DNA of 64,000 nucleotides from the human T2T-CHM13v2.0 reference genome, Homo sapiens. The stretch's first letter is position 1. Every line of letters begins with the position of its first letter. The notes below the pieces were generated by a model. It was given only the letters and a program-made list of their open reading frames with translations. It did no database searches and was not told where the DNA came from. Positions 59,368 to 64,000 of the stretch are shown piece after piece. A program made the position numbers and the translations under genes. The DNA lies in contig CP086569.2 of NCBI GenBank assembly GCA_009914755.4, positions 12,000,001 to 12,064,000 on the forward strand, given 5' to 3'.

Positions 59368-60740
59368 ATGGACTTGAATGGAATTGAGTCGAAAGGAATT
59401 GACTCGAAAGGAATGGACTGGAACAAAAAGGAATCAAATGGACAGGAATGGAATGGAATGGACTCGAATGGAATGGAGTCAAATGCAAACGCATCGAATG
59501 GAATGGATTCAAATGGAATGCAATTGAATGGAATAGAAAGGAAGAGAATGGAATTGAGAGTAATGGAAAGATATCGATTGGAATGAAATGGAATGGAAAG
59601 GAATTGAATGGAAAGGAATGGACTCGAAAGAAATGGATTGGAATGGAATGGTCTCCAATGGAATGGACTGGAGTGGAATGCAATCGAATGGAAAGAAAAG
59701 AATGGAACGGAATGGAATGGAAAGGAATAGAATGTTATGGAATCCGATTGAACAGAATGGAATGGAATGCAGTTTCATGAAATGGAGTCGAATATAGTGG
59801 CATCAAAAGGAATGGAATGGAGTGGACTCAAAAGGAATGGACTCGAAAGGAATGGAGTCGAACCAAATTGAATCAAATGGATTGGAGTCGAACAGAATGG
59901 AATGGAATGGAATGAACTCGACTGGAGTAGAGAGGAATGAAAAGGAATAGAATGGAATGTAATCAAATGGATTGCAAGTGAATGGAATCAAAAATAATAG
60001 AAAGGAATGGACTGTAAAGGGATGATATTGAATTAAATGGAATGGAATGGAATTTAATGGAATGGAGTCGAAGGAATGGACAGGAATGTAATGGACTCCA
60101 ATGGAATGGAATGGATCAAAATGGATTTGAACAGATTGGAATCGAACGGAATGGAATGTAATGAAATGGAATGGACTCGATCAGAACGGACTGGAGAGGA
60201 ATGTACACAAATGGAATGGAAACGAAAGGAATGGAATGAAATGGAATGGAATGCAATGGAATTGAAAGGAACGGAATCAAATGGAATGGAATGGAATGGA
60301 ATGGATTGGAATAGAATGGATTCAAATAAAATAGAATCGATTGCAATGGTATTGAATGGAAGGGACTTGAATGGAATGGAAAGCAATGGAAGATATTGGA
60401 ATCGAATGGCATCGAATGAAATGGAATGGAACGGAATGGAACGGACCCGAATGGAATGGAATGGACTCAAATGTAATGGACTCGAATGGAATCGACTGAA
60501 ATATAATAGACTCGAAAGGAATGGCCTCGAGCGGAATTTATTTGAATAGAATGGAATAAAATGGAGTACAATCGTATGGAATGGAATCGATTGGAATGGA
60601 ATCGAATGGAATGTAATCAAATGGAATGGAACGGAATTCAATATAATGGAGTAGAATGGAATGCATTGGAAAGGAGCAGAGTGGAATCGAGTGGATTGGA
60701 ATCGAGTGGAATGGAATCAAAGGGAACGAAATCGAATTGA
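59368..60740 (+). repeat. HOR copy 44, 1373 bp
   Basis: Anchor-to-anchor. Confidence 0.8.
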
Positions 60741-62113
60741 ATGGACTTGAATGGAATTGAGTCGAAAGGAATTGACTCGAAAGGAATGGACTGGAACAAA
60801 AAGGAATCAAATGGACAGGAATGGAATGGAATGGACTCGAATGGAATGGTGTCAAATGCAAACGCATCGAATGGAATGGATTCAAATGGAATGCAATTGA
60901 ATGGAACAGAAAGGAAGAGAATGGAATTGAGAGTAATGGAAAGATATCGTTTGGAATGAAATGGAATGGAAAGGAATTGAATGGAAAGGAATGGACTCGA
61001 AAGAAATGGATTGGAATGGAATGGTCTCCAATGGAATGGACTGGAGTGGAATGCAATCGAATGGAAAGAAAAGAATGGAACGGAATGGAACGGAAAGGAA
61101 TAGAATGTTATGGAATCCGATTGGACAGAATGGAATGGAATGCAGTTTCATGAAATGGAGTCGAATAGAGTGGCATCAAAAGGAATGGAATGGAGTGGAC
61201 TCAAAAGGAATGGACTCGAAAGGAATGGAGTCGAACCAAATTGAATCAAATGGATTGGAGTCGAACAGAATGGAATGGAATGGAATGAACTCGACTGGAG
61301 TAGAGAGGAATGAAAAGGAATAGAATGGAATGTAATCAAATGGATTGCAAGTGAATGGAATCAAAAATAATAGAAAGGAATGGAGTGTAAAGGGATGATA
61401 TTGAATTAAATGGAATGGAATGGAATTTAATGGAATGGAGTCGAAGGAATGGACAGGAATGTAATGGACTCCAATGGAATGGAATGGATCAAAATGGATT
61501 TGAACAGATTGGAATCGAACGGAATGGAATGCAATGAAATGGAATGGACTCGATCAGAACGGACTGGAGAGGAATGTACACAAATGGAATGGAAACGAAA
61601 GGAATGGAAAGAAATGGAATGGAATGCAATGGAATTGAAAGGAACGGAATCAAATGGAATGGAATGGAATGGAATGGATTGGAATAGAATGGATTCAAAT
61701 AAAATAGAATCGATTGCAATGGTATTGAATGGAAGGGACTTGAATGGAATGGAAAGCAATGGAAGATATTGGAATCGAATGGCATCGAATGAAATGGAAT
61801 GGAACGGAATGGAACGGACCCGAATGGAATGGAATGGACTCAAATGTAATGGACTCGAATGGAATCGACTGAAATATAATAGACTCGAAAGGAATGGCCT
61901 CGAGCGGAATTTATTTGAATAGAATGGAATCAAATGGAATACAATGGTATAGAATGGAATCGAATGGAATGGAATCGAATGGAATGTAATCAAATGGAAT
62001 GGAACGGAATTCAATATAATGGAGTAGAATGGAATGCATTGGAAAGGAGCAGAGTGGAATCGAGTGGATTGGAATCGAGTGGAATGGAATCAAAGGGAAC
62101 GAAATCGAATTGA
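60741..62113 (+). repeat. HOR copy 45, 1373 bp
   Basis: Anchor-to-anchor. Confidence 0.8.
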
Positions 62114-63491
62114 ATGGACTTGAATGGAATTGAGTCGAAAGGAATTGACTCGAAAGGAATGGACTGGAACAAAAAGGAATCAAATGGACAGGAATGGAAT
62201 GGAATGGACTCGAATGGAATGGAGTCAAATGCAAACGCATCGAATGGAATGGATTCAAATGGAATGCAATTGAATGGAATAGAAAGGAAGAGAATGGAAT
62301 TGAGAGTAATGGAAAGATATCGATTGGAATGAAATGGAATGGAAAGGAATTGAATGGAAAGGAATGGACTCGAAAGAAATGGATTGGAATGGAATGGTCT
62401 CCAATGGAATGGACTGGAGTGGAATGCAATCGAATGGAAAGAAAAGAATGGAACGGAATGGAACGGAAAGGAATAGAATGTTATGGAATCCGATTGAACA
62501 GAATGGAATGGAATGCAGTTTCATGAAATGGAGTCGAATATAGTGGCATCAAAAGGAATGGAATGGAATGGACTCAAAAGGAATGGACTCGAAAGGAATG
62601 GAGTCGAACCAAATTGAATCAAATGGATTGGAGTCGAACAGAATGGAATGGAATGGAATGAACTCGACTGGAGTAGAGAGGAATGAAAAGGAATAGAATG
62701 GAATGTAATCAAATGGATTGCAAGTGAATGGAATCAAAAATAATAGAAAGGAATGGAGTGTAAAGGGATGATATTGAATTAAATGGAATGGAATGGAATT
62801 TAATGGAATGGAGTCGAAGGAATGGACAGGAATGTAATGGACTCCAATGGAATGGAATGGATCAAAATGGATTTGAACAGATTGGAATCGAACGGAATGG
62901 AATGCAATGAAATGGAATGGACTCGATCAGAACGGACTGGAGAGGAATGTACACAAATGGAATGGAAACGAAAGGAATGGAATGAAATGGAATGGAATGC
63001 AATGGAATTGAAAGGAACGGAATCAAATGGAATGGAATGGAATGGAATGGAATGGATTGGAATAGAATGGATTCAAATAAAATAGAATCGATTGCAATGG
63101 TATTGAATGGAAGGGACTTGAATGGAATGGAAAGCAATGGAAGATATTGGAATCGAATGGCATCGAATGAAATGGAATGGAACGGAATGGAACGGACCCG
63201 AATGGAATGGAATGGACTCAAATGTAATGGATTCGAATGGAATCGACTGAAATATAATAGACTCGAAAGGAATGGCCTCGAGCGGAATTTATTTGAATAG
63301 AATGGAATCAAATGGAATACAATAGTATAGAATGGAATCGAATGGAATGGAATCGAATGGAATGTAATCAAATGGAATGGAACGGAATTCAATATAATGG
63401 AGTAGAATGGAATGCATTGGAAAGGAGCAGAGTGGAATCGAGTGGATTGGAATCGAGTGGAATGGAATCAAAGGGAACGAAATCGAATTGA
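62114..63491 (+). repeat. HOR copy 46, 1378 bp
   Basis: Anchor-to-anchor. Confidence 0.8.
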
Positions 63492-64000
63492 ATGGACTTG
63501 AATGGAATTGAGTCGAAAGGAATTGACTCGAAAGGAATGGACTGGAACAAAAAGGAATCAAATGGACAGGAATGGAATGGAATGGACTCGAATGGAATGG
63601 AGTCAAATGCAAACGCATCGAATGGAATGGATTCAAATGGAATGCAATTGAATGGAATAGAAAGGAAGAGAATGGAATTGAGAGTAATGGAAAGATATCG
63701 ATTGGAATGAAATGGAATGGAAAGGAATTGAATGGAAAGGAATGGACTCGAAAGAAATGGATTGGAATGGAATGGTCTCCAATGGAATGGACTGGAGTGG
63801 AATGCAATCGAATGGAAAGAAAAGAATGGAACGGAATGGAATGGAAAGGAATAGAATGTTATGGAATCCGATTGAACAGAATGGAATGGAATGCAGTTTC
63901 ATGAAATGGAGTCGAATATAGTGGCATCAAAAGGAATGGAATGGAGTGGACTCAAAAGGAATGGACTCGAAAGGAATGGAGTCGAACCAAATTGAATCAA
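63492..64000 (+). repeat. Partial HOR copy (5' 509 bp, truncated by the window end)
   Basis: Begins with the anchor motif at 63492. Matches the start of upstream copies. Confidence 0.8.

Larger units (their letters stand above)
1..64000 (+). repeat. Continuous HSat2/HSat3-superfamily (GGAAT)n-derived pericentromeric satellite array, HSat2-like. It extends beyond both window ends and GGAAT is on the + strand.
   Basis: Diverged GGAAT-pentamer composition throughout: ggaatggaatcgaatggaatgtaatcaaatgg. The + strand is purine-rich and C-poor. CGAAT units and HinfI/TaqI sites are frequent. There is no unique sequence anywhere. All six-frame ORFs translate to MEWNG... or IPFHS... periodic peptides. 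HOR anchors recur every 1368-1383 bp across the whole window. Confidence 0.93.

Noticed and set aside
1-64000. Hundreds of ORFs of 60-227 aa on both strands (e.g. 4972..5655-, 2337..2810+) that could be taken for genes
   Set aside because: All translate to periodic low-complexity peptides: MEWNG/ESNG/KGIDS on +, IPFHS/IPFDS on -. This is a mechanical result of a 5-bp repeat read in 3-bp codons: GGAAT gives GGA-ATG-GAA-TGG-AAT, which has no stop in any frame, and ATTCC gives ATT-CCA-TTC-CAT-TCC. ORFs overlap each other in all frames and on both strands. Their lengths are set only by where variant pentamers introduce TAA, TAG or TGA. They have no start-context conservation and no domain-like composition.
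1-64000. Possibility of a CRISPR array or other prokaryotic defence/novel system suggested by the highly regular repeats
   Set aside because: The repeat period is about 1375 bp built from 5-bp subunits, not 25-50-bp direct repeats separated by unique spacers. There is no unique spacer-like sequence, no cas-like or any other real coding sequence, and the sequence family is recognisably primate pericentromeric satellite.
1-64000. Alpha-satellite / centromere core (171-bp monomers, CENP-B box)
   Set aside because: There is no 171-bp periodicity and no CENP-B box (TTCGTTGGAARCGGGA)-like motif. The composition is GGAAT-derived rather than alphoid.
1-64000. Telomeric or interstitial (TTAGGG)n, or transposon (Alu/L1/SVA) insertions interrupting the array
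   Set aside because: No TTAGGG/CCCTAA runs and no poly-A tails with flanking non-satellite sequence. The only A-rich spots (caaaaataatagaaagg; an A8 run at 11701 and 19953) are part of the HOR consensus or point variants. HOR spacing is uninterrupted, with every anchor interval 1368-1383 bp, leaving no room for an insertion.
1-64000. Heat-shock-element-like nGAAn arrays / HSF1-bound satellite III transcription unit as a regulatory feature
   Set aside because: GAA trinucleotides recur every 5 bp in one orientation, but HSF1 recruitment to satellite III (9q12 nuclear stress bodies) is an established property of specific loci and is not inferable here. There are no alternating inverted nGAAn units and no promoter evidence in sequence. 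Not reportable as a regulatory site.

Overview
The entire 64-kb window is one uninterrupted, head-to-tail tandem array of primate/human-type pericentromeric 'classical' satellite DNA from the (GGAAT)n-derived HSat2/HSat3 (satellite II/III) superfamily. The GGAAT-rich strand is the + strand. The units are strongly diverged pentamers (GGAAT, CGAAT, GTAAT, CAAAT, GGAGT, GGACT and others). CGAAT units and HinfI (GANTC) and TaqI (TCGA) sites are very frequent, which looks more like HSat2 than like pure (GGAAT)n HSat3. There is also one HSat3-like 10-mer relic (GGACCCGAAT, compare CAACCCGAAT) per repeat. I can see the family but cannot assign a subfamily or chromosome from sequence alone. The array is built from about 46.5 copies of a higher-order repeat (HOR) of about 1.37 kb, in discrete length classes 1368/1373/1378/1383 bp, with exactly one EcoRI site (GAATTC) and usually one XhoI site (CTCGAG) per HOR. 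Above the HOR level there are nested, very recent block duplications: an 8252-bp six-HOR block present twice in tandem at more than 99.9% identity (about 5.6-22.5 kb), a 2746-bp two-HOR tandem duplication (about 28.4-33.9 kb), and several near-identical two-HOR blocks recurring at irregular multi-HOR spacings in the 3' half. I find no protein-coding genes, RNA genes, transposon insertions, CRISPR arrays or any prokaryotic-style 'system'. Every ORF in the six-frame track is an artifact of the 5-bp periodicity: (GGAAT)n reads G-M-E-W-N in all + frames and I-P-F-H-S in all - frames, with stops only where variant pentamers occur. The hint that the window may hold an undescribed biological system is not supported. 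The interesting content is the architecture and evolutionary dynamics of the satellite array itself.
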